Of a DNA stretch of 32,000 bases, positions 15,819 through 25,069 are shown one piece after another. The DNA is from Promethearchaeota archaeon (GTDB lineage: Archaea > Asgardarchaeota > Thorarchaeia > Thorarchaeales > Thorarchaeaceae). The notes under the pieces were generated by a model. The model made no database searches and was not told the DNA's origin. It saw only the letters and a program-made list of their open reading frames with translations. A program made the position numbers and the translations under genes. How positions within the stretch are numbered: position 1 is the first letter of the stretch; every line of letters begins with the position of its first letter. The DNA lies in NCBI GenBank assembly GCA_027031765.1, contig JALVPN010000110.1, positions 60,990 through 92,989 of the forward strand. Reading direction: 5' to 3'.

Positions 15819-16115
15819 TCATCCCCTGCTCGGCCGCAAGTGCTCCGGTCTCACAATCAGCGTCTTCGTGGCCTTTCCTAGGGCCACGTCCACTATGATG
15901 CCCCGTCCGCGTTTCCCTGTGACGACCCCCGTCCTCCCGTGATACCTGCGGTGTGGCATGCCCTTGTGGAAACTGGGGTCTATTATTATGTCGACCCGCT
16001 GACCCACCTCATAGTCAACGAGCAGATGGCCCAGCGGTCTCATACCACGCTCTCTGACCCGCTTGCTGAGGAGGGACCGTGTCCTTGCCCTGTACCCATG
16101 ACTGTTCTTGACCAT
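15819..16115 (-). CDS. rpl21e: 50S ribosomal protein L21e
   Basis: SHGYRARTRSLL...YEVGQRVDIIIDPSFHKGMPHRRYHGRTG...VRPEHL. Confidence 0.96.
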   Translation of the reverse strand: MVKNSHGYRARTRSLLSKRVRERGMRPLGHLLVDYEVGQRVDIIIDPSFHKGMPHRRYHGRTGVVTGKRGRGIIVDVALGKATKTLIVRPEHLRPSRG

Positions 16116-16371
16116 CGGGCATCATCCTGCCAGTCCTTTTGCCCCGGTATGCCATAAACCTTAGACCTACTAGTGCATGCCCGAGGCTCAGCATCACGTC
16201 CGGAGTAGTCACTTAAGGGTTATGGTCTGTGGTTCTGTTGAATTATTGTTGGTAAGATGGAAGAACCAAATATGAGACTATTGAGTTTTCTTGGTCTTGC
16301 TCCGGAGAACTACACGGGCGTTACGAACTTCATAAAGATGATATGCTGGTATATCTTATAGGTGATGGACG

Positions 16372-17106
16372 ATGAATAATAAAGATACAGGGGAGGACTC
16401 TGGAATGATAGAGAAAAAGATTGGGCAACAATACGAGGAATGGGCAAAAAGCTACGACGAAGACAAAATCAAATTGTTCGGAGAGTCTGGGGTGGATTAT
16501 AATGAGTTTATGAAATCACTCCTATCACTGTGTGAATTGAAGCCCAATATGAGTATTCTAGATGTCGGGGCTGGGACAGGACTAACATCTATTGCAATAG
16601 CAAAAGCGCTCTCATGCAATTGCAGAATTCTCGCTGTTGAACCCATTGATGAAATGATTGAGAGGGCCAGAACAAATGTTCAACAAGAAGGAGTTGAAGA
16701 CTGCATAGAGTTCAAGAATGGCATAGGGGAATCTCTTCCATGCAATGATGAGGAATTCGATCTGGTGACCTGTACATTTGCCATCAGACATATGGACGTT
16801 GAGGGAGCACTCTTGGAATTTGAAAGGGTTCTAAGGCCAAGTGGAAGGATTGTGATTGCAGATATATGTGCACCAGAAAAATGGAGGAGCCTGCCCGGGA
16901 AAATAATCACGCCCTTGATGCAGTTTATGATAAGCCGGAAGTATAAAGGAGAAATGAAATCAAAAGTTCTAACCGTAAACGAATGGAAAACGTTGATTGA
17001 GAAACTGGACTTGAGAATTCGTAGTATTGTGGAGTTTCCTGGAAAGAGAGAGCCAGAATGGGAGATTAAAAGGGTAATAATGTCTATCCAAAAGGGTATT
17101 CAATGA
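16372..17106 (+). CDS. Class I SAM-dependent methyltransferase (UbiE/MenG-like) on a low-GC segment
   Basis: ILDVGAGTG, FDLVTCTFAIRH and ERVLRPSGRIVIAD. About 40% GC by hand count. ATG at 16405 after GGAGG is an alternative start. Confidence 0.85.
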   Translation: MNNKDTGEDSGMIEKKIGQQYEEWAKSYDEDKIKLFGESGVDYNEFMKSLLSLCELKPNMSILDVGAGTGLTSIAIAKALSCNCRILAVEPIDEMIERARTNVQQEGVEDCIEFKNGIGESLPCNDEEFDLVTCTFAIRHMDVEGALLEFERVLRPSGRIVIADICAPEKWRSLPGKIITPLMQFMISRKYKGEMKSKVLTVNEWKTLIEKLDLRIRSIVEFPGKREPEWEIKRVIMSIQKGIQ

Positions 17107-17292
17107 TGAAACCAAGTTGTGCTGGCAGGCTTGGGCACTCTGCGGTGCATCGTACCCTTCCCCCTATCGGGGCCACTTGGCAAGCGGATATCTGGCTACG
17201 GCTGTCGACTTCGCGCAAATCCTCCGCTGTCGCTCAGGCTCCAGATACCCACCCGACATCATACCGACAATAGGTTGACAGAACTTGTTCTG

Positions 17293-18651
17293 CTAGTCCC
17301 CATATACCGCAGTCACTACGAGTTCTCTGCATGTACACTCAGTACCCAGCAGCTCGGAGAGCGATGGGCGTGTCCTCCCACCATCACCAGATATCAGCTC
17401 CTTGACATACGTCCCACCCTGGACCCTGAAAATGCCCTCCAGAGTCCTCGGCCCACACCTCTTGAGCTCGACAAGGTACACATGTTTCTCCCGAGTCCTG
17501 TCACTGCGTCTGTGCAGCACCCGGTGTGGTGTCTGCTGCTCAACGGTGACCCCTGAGAGGGCTGATGCAGCCTGTCGGACTGCCACGTCGTCCACATCCT
17601 CTGCTGTTTCTATCACTGCACTGTACTCCTTGATGTTTGCAGAGGCCTCTTCCTTCAGCTTGTGCATGTGATGCCTGTCAGTGAAGCGCAGGTCATGTAC
17701 CTCCACCTTGCCCTCGGCCTCCCTGTTGATGGTCTCCTGCAGCTCGGCGAGGTCTACCGACCTGACCCGCGGCTCAGACACCTCAACAACAAACGGCCGC
17801 CCAGTCCCCAGCATCAACACATCGATGTCCTCTCTCCCAGCAGCATGAAACTTGAAGCGTTTACCCTCGGCCAGTCTCTGCGCCGGCACCCCTATGTACT
17901 CTGCAATGGAGTCTGGGTATTTCCGCCCGGTGCCACCACAACTGTCGCACCCCTTCCCACGACACTCGGGACAGTCCCATCTGCTCTGTGGGATCCCACG
18001 CTGGAGCTTCTTGTACCGGCCGTATATGAATATCGGGCTGACCTGCAGCTTGACATCATGTCCTGCAACATCGTAGACTATCACCATCTGGGGGGACTCG
18101 AAGTCCACAGGCCTACTGAGCCGCCGCTGCAGGGCGCGTCCTATCTCTCGGTTGATTTCCGAGCGTATCGTCTCTCCATGGACAATCCCATGCTGCCCAC
18201 GAAGCTCGTCCTCCCGCTCTGCAAGGTTGGGCGGTGGGATGCTCCCGACAAGAAAGCTGTCAAACTCGTAGCCGTCGACTGCCAAGAGGATGTCCTCTAC
18301 GATGCGGTTGATACTGTCGAATATTGGGACGCCACTGACTGAGCACAACCAGCATGTCCTCTCACTGTCGAACGGGATGCCGTACTTCTCTGCAAGGGCC
18401 CGTGCTGGCGCAAACATCCCGTTTTCAGCAAGTGTCCTCACCAGTCCGCGCCCCCACTCGTCCTTTCTCTCCCTTATGGCCGCGTCGGCAAGCATCATGA
18501 GGACCATCTTTATTGCATGCCCCCGTTCCCTGTTCGTAGTACCGGTTCCCAGCCACGCGACCTGTCTGCCCAGGCAGAAGTCGCATAGTGGTCGCTCGTG
18601 GAGAATTGCCTCGGCCACACGTAGGAGCTCAAGCCTGTCGCTCTCTGTCAT
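17293..18651 (-). CDS. pus10: tRNA pseudouridine(54/55) synthase Pus10
   Basis: PLCDFCLGR and CWLC N-terminal Zn/THUMP region, GRYKKLQRGIPQSRW, catalytic FHAAGREDIDV and GGTYVKELISGD. Confidence 0.95.
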   Translation of the reverse strand: MTESDRLELLRVAEAILHERPLCDFCLGRQVAWLGTGTTNRERGHAIKMVLMMLADAAIRERKDEWGRGLVRTLAENGMFAPARALAEKYGIPFDSERTCWLCSVSGVPIFDSINRIVEDILLAVDGYEFDSFLVGSIPPPNLAEREDELRGQHGIVHGETIRSEINREIGRALQRRLSRPVDFESPQMVIVYDVAGHDVKLQVSPIFIYGRYKKLQRGIPQSRWDCPECRGKGCDSCGGTGRKYPDSIAEYIGVPAQRLAEGKRFKFHAAGREDIDVLMLGTGRPFVVEVSEPRVRSVDLAELQETINREAEGKVEVHDLRFTDRHHMHKLKEEASANIKEYSAVIETAEDVDDVAVRQAASALSGVTVEQQTPHRVLHRRSDRTREKHVYLVELKRCGPRTLEGIFRVQGGTYVKELISGDGGRTRPSLSELLGTECTCRELVVTAVYGD

Positions 18652-18722
18652 TCTGACGGTCCTCCTTCTCGCACACGCGATGGTGCCCTCATAAACGTGT
18701 TTGAGAGGACATGTGATGCGTA

Positions 18723-19937
18723 TCAGAAGAACGGGTGGACATACCTGATGGCCCGCAGTATGGCGAGGACTGCCTGGGGCCTTGACAACACCCCCCAGAT
18801 GGCCCTGTGCTGGTGGTCCATGTCGCCCCTCTCAGTCACCACACTCACAAGTCCATACCGTGACGCGTCATTCACCAAGGAGTCAAGCCCCCTGTCCGAC
18901 AGTGCTGCGACGAGTCGTTGTGCCAAGTACATTGTACCAAGCTCGTTCAGCAGTCTCCCACGCCACTGTTCTTCATAGAGGCGCGCCGCGTCCACACACT
19001 CGTCCATGCGGCCCAGGGCATACCGCACTGCCCTACCCGCCATCAGGGCCGCAAGTCCTCCCATTATCACACCCCCTCCCGTCGTCGCTTTCACCTGCCC
19101 CGCTGCATCGCCTACTACCATCAGCCCCGGCATGTGTGTCCTGGAAATGGGTGGGCCCACAATGACCGTCCCGCCGAGTCTCCTGTGGACTACGCCGTCC
19201 TCAAGCCTCTTTCGCATGACCGGATGGTGGCGTACTGCAGCCCTCAGTCGTAGTGGCGCCCGGTTCCGGGCAGCCAGTCCAACCCGCACACGCCCCTCTC
19301 CAATAGGAATGATCCACGCAAAGAAACCCGGCGCGTACTTGCGACTGTAGAACATCTCTACAGTGTCTTCCTCGACCTGTACGCCACTCATCTCGTACTG
19401 GTACGCCGGGAAACGGTTTCGTTGCGCCACACGGGGCAGACCTGCAGCCTTGGAGATGACCCCTCTCACGCCCTCTGCGTCAATGACATACTCTGCGTGG
19501 TGCTCCTCTACTGTGTCACCGGTGCGTACTCTGACACCAGTCGTCCTGTCCCCTTCCTTCAGCAGGGCTGTGACCTTCGTCCCGGTGCAGACGGTGACCC
19601 CCATTTCCTCTGCACGAGTTGCCAGCCACCGGTCAAACTTGCGCCTGTCGACCACCAGTGCCTCCTCCCGTCCCCGACGCAGCACGACCGTGTGCCCGGA
19701 TGGGGAGATGATCCGTGCACCGCTCACCCTGTTCTGGACGACCTCTGGTGGTGGTGATAGTCCGAGGCTCCGGAGTCCAGTGACGCTGAGGAGTCCTGCA
19801 CAGTGGTCTGGCTCTCCCACCCTCATGTGCTCTTCGAACACGACCACCCCGGCCCCGTCTGAAGCAGACTCTCTGGCTGCGAGCAGTCCTGCTGGGCCAC
19901 CCCCTATGACAACTACGTCGTGCCTCAGTGGCGTCAT
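18723..19937 (-). CDS. Geranylgeranyl reductase family NAD(P)/FAD oxidoreductase
   Basis: HDVVVIGGGPAG, DHCAGLLS, FFAWIIP and VGDAAGQVKATTGGG. ATG at 19937 or TTG at 19943. Confidence 0.87.
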   Translation of the reverse strand: MTPLRHDVVVIGGGPAGLLAARESASDGAGVVVFEEHMRVGEPDHCAGLLSVTGLRSLGLSPPPEVVQNRVSGARIISPSGHTVVLRRGREEALVVDRRKFDRWLATRAEEMGVTVCTGTKVTALLKEGDRTTGVRVRTGDTVEEHHAEYVIDAEGVRGVISKAAGLPRVAQRNRFPAYQYEMSGVQVEEDTVEMFYSRKYAPGFFAWIIPIGEGRVRVGLAARNRAPLRLRAAVRHHPVMRKRLEDGVVHRRLGGTVIVGPPISRTHMPGLMVVGDAAGQVKATTGGGVIMGGLAALMAGRAVRYALGRMDECVDAARLYEEQWRGRLLNELGTMYLAQRLVAALSDRGLDSLVNDASRYGLVSVVTERGDMDHQHRAIWGVLSRPQAVLAILRAIRYVHPFF

Positions 19938-20015
19938 CGGCAACCTTTTGGTATGGTACCCTTTTTATCTCTGGTCTATGTGACGCACTAGAGTCCTTGG
20001 GGGTGTCCCCCTCAC

Positions 20016-20384
20016 ATGGTCGTGACCCGGTTCAGGTACAAACAGGTGATTGCCGTGCGCACTGACCTGAAGATGAGTAAAGGCAAGCTTGCAGTACAGG
20101 TCGCACATGGCGCTGTCACTGCGTCAGAGCGCGCACGCCTCATGGACCGTAGGACATGGCGGGCCTGGTTCACTGAGGGCCAGAAGAAAGTGGTTGTCCG
20201 TGTCGCCTCTGAGGCGGAGCTGCTCCACCTCCAACGCCTTGCAGTTGAAAATGGCCTACCCCAGGCGCTGATCCGTGATGCAGGGATGACGGAACTCCCT
20301 CCGGGGACTGCCACCGTGATATGCGTCGGCCCGGGCCCATCCGAAGATGTTGACAGGGTCACAGGTACACTGAAGCTCCTGTGA
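20016..20384 (+). CDS. pth2: Peptidyl-tRNA hydrolase 2
   Basis: KQVIAVRTDLKMSKGKLAVQVAHG, GQKKVVVRV and DAGMTELPPGT. Confidence 0.95.
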   Translation: MVVTRFRYKQVIAVRTDLKMSKGKLAVQVAHGAVTASERARLMDRRTWRAWFTEGQKKVVVRVASEAELLHLQRLAVENGLPQALIRDAGMTELPPGTATVICVGPGPSEDVDRVTGTLKLL

Positions 20385-20394
20385 GGGGTATGTC

Positions 20395-21732
20395 TTGTAC
20401 ACTGTGCCTGATGCGGAGCAGCTCGTAGGAATGGAGCTCTACACCACTGGCATTCCGGGTTTCGGTGGCCATCTAAAACGCAGGTTCGATGACTTTGTTG
20501 TGGAGGAAATCCCCACAGGCGGCCCACGCCTCTCAGTGAGGCCTTGGGAGCCCCGGCCGTGTGGTCCACCAGCGGGTGACCCAAAGGCCCGCTATGTCCA
20601 CTTCACACTACAGAAACGTGGCCTCTCCACGCTGGACGTAGCAATGATCCTCGCCTCGGAGTTGGGAATACCACATCATCTGGTGATGTATGCGGGGATA
20701 AAGGACAAGCGGGCGGTCACCGTCCAGCGTATGTGTGTCCCTGCACGCTGTGCGGCGCAGCTCGTACAGTTACGGCTCCCCAATATCATGGTGTCTGACC
20801 CGTGCTATTCGAGGACACCCCTGCGGAGCGGCGACCTCTGGGGGAACCACTTCAGGATTCGCGTCCGGGGCATTGAGGTACCGTGTTCGGAAGCACTGCA
20901 ATGCGTTGAGGCCCTCCGTGATGTCCCTCTGCTGAACTACTACGGAGTACAGAGGTTCGGCGTGACCCGTCCGTACACCCACCTTGTTGGTAAGGCTTTG
21001 GTGCTCCGTGACTACGAGGCTGCAGTCAGGGCAATGCTCACGACCACGAACAGTTTCGAGCCACCAGGGCTCACCGATGTGCGTCTGCGTCTGAGTGAGA
21101 GACTTGCCCCTACCGAGAGCATGCTCGCGGTCTTTCCCAAGGACATGCGGCACGAACGTACAGTCCTCCACTACCTGATACGGCATCCTGGTGCATTCGA
21201 AAAGGCACTACGGCGGATACCCTCCCGCATCCGTACCCTTTTTGTACACTCGTACCAGTCGTTCCTGTTCAACCGGATTATCAGCCGTCGTGCAGCCGTC
21301 GGAGCACCACTTGTCCAGCCTGTGCCCGGCGACTTCATTGTGGAAGCACGACGTGCACATGCCGGCCGTGACTCTTGGAGGCTTGTAACAGACCAGTCCC
21401 TTGAGGAGTGCAGGTCTCTTGTGTTGTCTGGCGACTATGTGCTTGCCGCACCGGTGCCAGGCTACGCGACAAAGCTCCCGCCATCATGGCAGTCCGACAT
21501 GGTGCGAGAAGTCCTTGATGAGGAGGGCATATTACTGGCACAGTTCCATAACTCACGGTACCGTGCCCATGACACCCCGGGAGGCCTCCATCCAGTCACC
21601 ATGCGTCCCGAGCACATGGTGTCCTACTGTGAAGGGGATGTCCTCGTGGTCGAGTTCGCTCTCCAGAAGGGCTCCTACGCAACAGTTGTGTTACGCGAGC
21701 TGATGAAGAACCATCCGGTAAACCGTGTATGA
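20395..21732 (+). CDS. truD: tRNA pseudouridine(13) synthase TruD
   Basis: DFVVEE, YAGIKDKRAVT (catalytic Asp), GNHFRIRVR, NYYGVQRFG and GSYATVVLRE. Confidence 0.94.
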   Translation: MYTVPDAEQLVGMELYTTGIPGFGGHLKRRFDDFVVEEIPTGGPRLSVRPWEPRPCGPPAGDPKARYVHFTLQKRGLSTLDVAMILASELGIPHHLVMYAGIKDKRAVTVQRMCVPARCAAQLVQLRLPNIMVSDPCYSRTPLRSGDLWGNHFRIRVRGIEVPCSEALQCVEALRDVPLLNYYGVQRFGVTRPYTHLVGKALVLRDYEAAVRAMLTTTNSFEPPGLTDVRLRLSERLAPTESMLAVFPKDMRHERTVLHYLIRHPGAFEKALRRIPSRIRTLFVHSYQSFLFNRIISRRAAVGAPLVQPVPGDFIVEARRAHAGRDSWRLVTDQSLEECRSLVLSGDYVLAAPVPGYATKLPPSWQSDMVREVLDEEGILLAQFHNSRYRAHDTPGGLHPVTMRPEHMVSYCEGDVLVVEFALQKGSYATVVLRELMKNHPVNRV

Positions 21733-21733
21733 C

Positions 21734-22324
21734 TCACATCCGTCTCCTACGTCTTGGGCCGAACTGACGCAGCCTCTCTTCAAACTCGTCCGGCACCTCC
21801 TCCTCTTCCTTCTTGACACGGTCACTCTCATACTCGAAGAGCACGGGCTGTCCAGTCACACCCGAAACAATCTGCCGCAGCTCCTCCTTCGTGAACCGGA
21901 TCCTGTCACGGTCAATGTCCCGGAGCATTACTATGCTCTCCTTCGTGCCGTCCGGGAGGTAGAGGCTGTTGATGCCCATCTCAACCGCTGGTGCAATGAG
22001 GTGTCTGACAAATGCCCTGAGTTTCACGGGCCCCTCGACAATCATGACCTCGCCGAAGGCCTCGCTCATCTCGTCAAGCAGTCCGGTAGCGTCCTCTAGG
22101 AGGCTGGTCTGTCCTCTCCTCACAAGCAGCACAAGGTATCTGGTCACCCGGATTGCCCTCATGAGGTGCAGGTCTGCTAGCGACGGGTACTGTCTTGCTC
22201 GTCCAAGCAGCCACTTACTGAACTCGATGTCGAACTCGTTTATCTCCCCGTTGTCAAGGCGCTCCTGACAACTCGGGCACAGCATGTTTGACTCGATGTC
22301 GAAGATACAGACTGGTAGTCGCAT
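21734..22324 (-). CDS. NusA2-like KH-domain protein
   Basis: N-terminal PVCIFD...LCPSCQERLDNGEINEFDIE pattern followed by a degenerate KH region (GINSLYLPDG). Matches my recollection of the crenarchaeal/Asgard NusA paralogue; not confirmed by search. Confidence 0.7.
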   Translation of the reverse strand: MRLPVCIFDIESNMLCPSCQERLDNGEINEFDIEFSKWLLGRARQYPSLADLHLMRAIRVTRYLVLLVRRGQTSLLEDATGLLDEMSEAFGEVMIVEGPVKLRAFVRHLIAPAVEMGINSLYLPDGTKESIVMLRDIDRDRIRFTKEELRQIVSGVTGQPVLFEYESDRVKKEEEEVPDEFEERLRQFGPRRRRRM

Positions 22325-22400
22325 GTGTTGTTCCTCGCCAGCATATGAAGCCTCCAGCAGAGTCCGGGCTTCGGGCGAGGACCTGTCAATGTGTTCTAGC

Positions 22401-22709
22401 TCATCTCGACAGCGTGATGTCTATGGTCGACACGTTCAGCTCGCTGCCCTTGTCGGTCTGGACAGTGGTGGTACCAATCTCAATGCTCTTCACTTTGAGG
22501 TCGGTGATGAACCTGTGGCGCGTTATCTCTGCGACGTCCACTGCTCTACTGATGAGACGTCCTCTGGCCTTTATTACGACCTCCTGAGCACCCTGGTTGA
22601 ACAGGGTAACGCAAGCGAGGACGTATGACATGACGTTCTTGTTGCCGACCAGGATCACGGCGTCACTATTCTCCACATTGTCACTGCTGTCAGTCTTTTC
22701 CTCCGTCAC
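22401..22709 (-). CDS. albA: DNA/RNA-binding protein Alba
   Basis: [15 protein letters not shown]...[16 protein letters not shown]...[12 protein letters not shown] at 22709 after GGAGAG. Confidence 0.95.
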   Translation of the reverse strand: MTEEKTDSSDNVENSDAVILVGNKNVMSYVLACVTLFNQGAQEVVIKARGRLISRAVDVAEITRHRFITDLKVKSIEIGTTTVQTDKGSELNVSTIDITLSR

Positions 22710-22928
22710 CCGAAGTCTCTCCGCCAGCCATAGCTTCAATCGCTTTGTGTTTGCGGTTGCTCCTTCTGATATAGGTTACGGTCAGAGGCGGCAGTGTACA
22801 TGTCGGTACACACCAATGCGTGTGGCCACTCACGTCACATCCTCGGACACATGCGGGCCTCTTCTGGCGCCACATTCACAAGCTTTTTCTCCACACAGAC
22901 GGCCACTCATTGAAGGAAGCAAGGTTCA

Positions 22929-24197
22929 ATGGTTCAACTGACATTCCTAGGTTCGTGTCAGGAGATTGGGCGTTCGGGGTTCCTTGTGACCGGCCACGAT
23001 GAGAGCATCCTCGTCGACTACGGTGTCAAGTTCCAGAACCCTGTCGGTCTGCCCGTTCCCATCAGCACAGATGACCTCCAAGGAGTCATTCTGACACATG
23101 CACACCTCGACCACTCAGGTGCAGTCCCACAGGTGCTCAGCGATTCGGATGTCGTTTCGCTGTTCTGCACCCCCGCCACCCGAGACCTCACAGCACTACT
23201 GCTCCATGACATGTTCAAGGTCACAACAAGCCCTCTGCCTTACGCTCACCACGATATACGGCGCGTCTTTGACCAGTGTCAGCCCACTGCCTACGAGGAC
23301 ACGTTGCCATTGGGGAGAGAGTTTGAGATGACCCTGTTCAATGCGGGTCATATCCCCGGTAGCGCCATGGTGTCCCTCAGCATCGACGGCCGCAGAATCC
23401 TCTTCACCGGTGACTTCAATGCCCTCCCCTCCCGTCTACATGCCGGGGTGCGCCTGAACCTCCCAAGGCACGATGTGGTCGTCACCGAGAGCACATACGC
23501 ACGCCGTGTGAACCCACCACGCGAGGAGATCGAAAGGGCACTGGTGGCCAGTATCATTGACACGATGGACCGTGGTGGTGTTGCCCTCATCCCGGCATTT
23601 GCGGTGGGCCGCTCGCAGGAGATAATGTGCATTCTGGAACAGTACGGGATCACACGAGACTATCCAGTATACGTTGATGGTCTTGCCCGTGATGTCAACG
23701 AGATTGTTATGCAGCACCCGAACTACATTGCATGCCCTCGCGAGTTCGAACGCGCTGTCAGACACACGCGCCTGATCCATGACAGCCGTGACAGGCACCG
23801 GGTCATCCACAAGGGCGGGGTGATAATCTCACCGGCCGGGATGCTCAAGGGCGGGGCCTCCAAGATGCTCTTTGAGAACCTCTACGATGACCCGTCCAAC
23901 ACAATCATCCTTGTGAGCTTCCAGATCCCGGGCACTCCGGGTGCGGAGCTCTTGTCGACTAGGCAGGTCACACTGAACCGGAGGGTGCTCCGTGTCAGGG
24001 CAGAAGTGCGGTACCATCACCTGAGCAGCCATTCGGACACAAACGGCCTGATGGAGCTGCTCATGCGGGTCCCCGGAGACCCGGAGTTCTACGTCGTCCA
24101 TGGAGAACCAGAATCGTGTGATGCCCTAGCCCAGGCCCTTACAGACAGTGGGCACCAGGCCTATGTGCCTGAGATGGGGGACTCATTCGAAGTCTAG
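22929..24197 (+). CDS. MBL-fold beta-CASP ribonuclease without KH domains (aCPSF2-like)
   Basis: LGSCQEIGRS, LTHAHLDHSG, AGHIPGS, TGDF, ESTY, AGMLKGG and HLSSHSD. Confidence 0.88.
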   Translation: MVQLTFLGSCQEIGRSGFLVTGHDESILVDYGVKFQNPVGLPVPISTDDLQGVILTHAHLDHSGAVPQVLSDSDVVSLFCTPATRDLTALLLHDMFKVTTSPLPYAHHDIRRVFDQCQPTAYEDTLPLGREFEMTLFNAGHIPGSAMVSLSIDGRRILFTGDFNALPSRLHAGVRLNLPRHDVVVTESTYARRVNPPREEIERALVASIIDTMDRGGVALIPAFAVGRSQEIMCILEQYGITRDYPVYVDGLARDVNEIVMQHPNYIACPREFERAVRHTRLIHDSRDRHRVIHKGGVIISPAGMLKGGASKMLFENLYDDPSNTIILVSFQIPGTPGAELLSTRQVTLNRRVLRVRAEVRYHHLSSHSDTNGLMELLMRVPGDPEFYVVHGEPESCDALAQALTDSGHQAYVPEMGDSFEV

Positions 24198-24221
24198 CCG
24201 ACCTGCAGCCCGTTGGATGTG

Positions 24222-24434
24222 CTAGGCCCCCTCCTCTGGCCTTGCCTCCTTGACCTCGCACTGGACGCGTTGTAGGATGCTCTCTGCCTGCTGGGGACTC
24301 GTCACAAGCGTGTAGAGGTACCGCCTTGTGCGGAGCTTCAGCTTCACCTGTCCCTTTACCCGCCTGACACGGCACTCCGTTGCATCCGCGCTCATCTCAA
24401 TGAACCTGTCAACATCCGTAATCTGTCTTGGCAT
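24222..24434 (-). CDS. rpl38e: Ribosomal protein eL38
   Basis: MPRQITDVDRFIEMS...VKLKLRTRRYLYTLV. ATG at 24434; the upstream part of the track ORF overlaps the tRNA. Confidence 0.9.
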   Translation of the reverse strand: MPRQITDVDRFIEMSADATECRVRRVKGQVKLKLRTRRYLYTLVTSPQQAESILQRVQCEVKEARPEEGA

Positions 24435-24465
24435 TTTTTGCCCCTCTTCTCTCAGGCTCGTCAGT

Positions 24466-24542
24466 TGGTGGGCCGGGGGAGACTCGAACTCCCGATATCC
24501 TCCGCGTGAGGGAGGCATCATAGCCAACTAGATCACCGGCCC
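24466..24542 (-). tRNA. tRNA-Val(CAC), intron-less
   Basis: GGGCCGG TG ATCT AGTTGGCTA TGAT G CCTCC CT-CAC-GC GGAGG ATATC GGGAG TTCGAGT CTCCC CCGGCCC A CCA. Confidence 0.94.
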
Positions 24543-24577
24543 ACACGTTGGCATGGCATAGATGTCAGTTGCATGCA

Positions 24578-24733
24578 CTACTTCTTGCGCCTCTTTGGCC
24601 TGAGGTCCTTGTGGCCGCACTTCCTGCACTTCTTTGCCTTTTCGGGGTTTGTGGCCCCACAGTAGCGGCAAATCGACTTATGGAGCAGGTAGTATTGGGC
24701 GAGCCTTCGTCTCTCAATGTCAGCAACTGGCAT
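24578..24733 (-). CDS. rpl40e: 50S ribosomal protein L40e (below the ORF-track size cutoff)
   Basis: Hand translation: [51 protein letters not shown], the eL40 C-x2-C...C-x2-C pattern. Confidence 0.95.
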   Translation of the reverse strand: MPVADIERRRLAQYYLLHKSICRYCGATNPEKAKKCRKCGHKDLRPKRRKK

Positions 24734-24838
24734 CAATACGACCTCGTCAACTGCTGGCGGACCATAGTATGTCCTGTGAAGCCCGCTACAGTCACCCCTT
24801 CCACCGCCGTTTTAAGTTTAACTCTGTCCCCATTGCTC

Positions 24839-25069
24839 CCCAGCTGCCATGTCGCTGTGCTGTTTCTAACTGCGGTGGGGCCTCGACGGGGGGAGGTGTC
24901 CAACAGCCGTCTGCCCAGCATGTCCCGGCAAATCCATATGATTGGGGTCAGACCGGGCAGCCCGGCAGGGCAGTACTGGGGGTCTGCACCATACCAGCAA
25001 GGCAGGTCTTGTTGCGACCACCGACATGGGGTGGGACAGGGACTGCTAGACTGTCCGTAGTGGGCTGGG
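24839..25069 (+). ncRNA. Candidate structured non-coding RNA of unassigned class
   Basis: Nested long-range complementarity (24839-44/25064-69, 24847-54/25022-29, 24871-82/25005-16), a GNRA-capped hairpin at 24953-24979 and TTTAAG at 24811-16. No convincing ORF and no canonical SRP, RNase P or 5S motifs. Confidence 0.35.

Noticed and set aside
16250-16375. Possible remnant of a second gene upstream of the low-GC methyltransferase
   Set aside because: Only short open stretches in different frames with no recognisable motif.
17200-17235. Archaeal SECIS-like internal loop (CGAC-A-GCG...CGC-GAA-GTCG on minus)
   Set aside because: The GAA/A orientation appears reversed relative to the methanogen SECIS as I recall it, and no in-frame UGA selenoprotein candidate is nearby.
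24953-24979. SRP RNA helix 8 assignment
   Set aside because: A GNRA-capped CCC/GGG stem is present, but the conserved CAGG/AGCA symmetric loop is missing, so SRP cannot be called.
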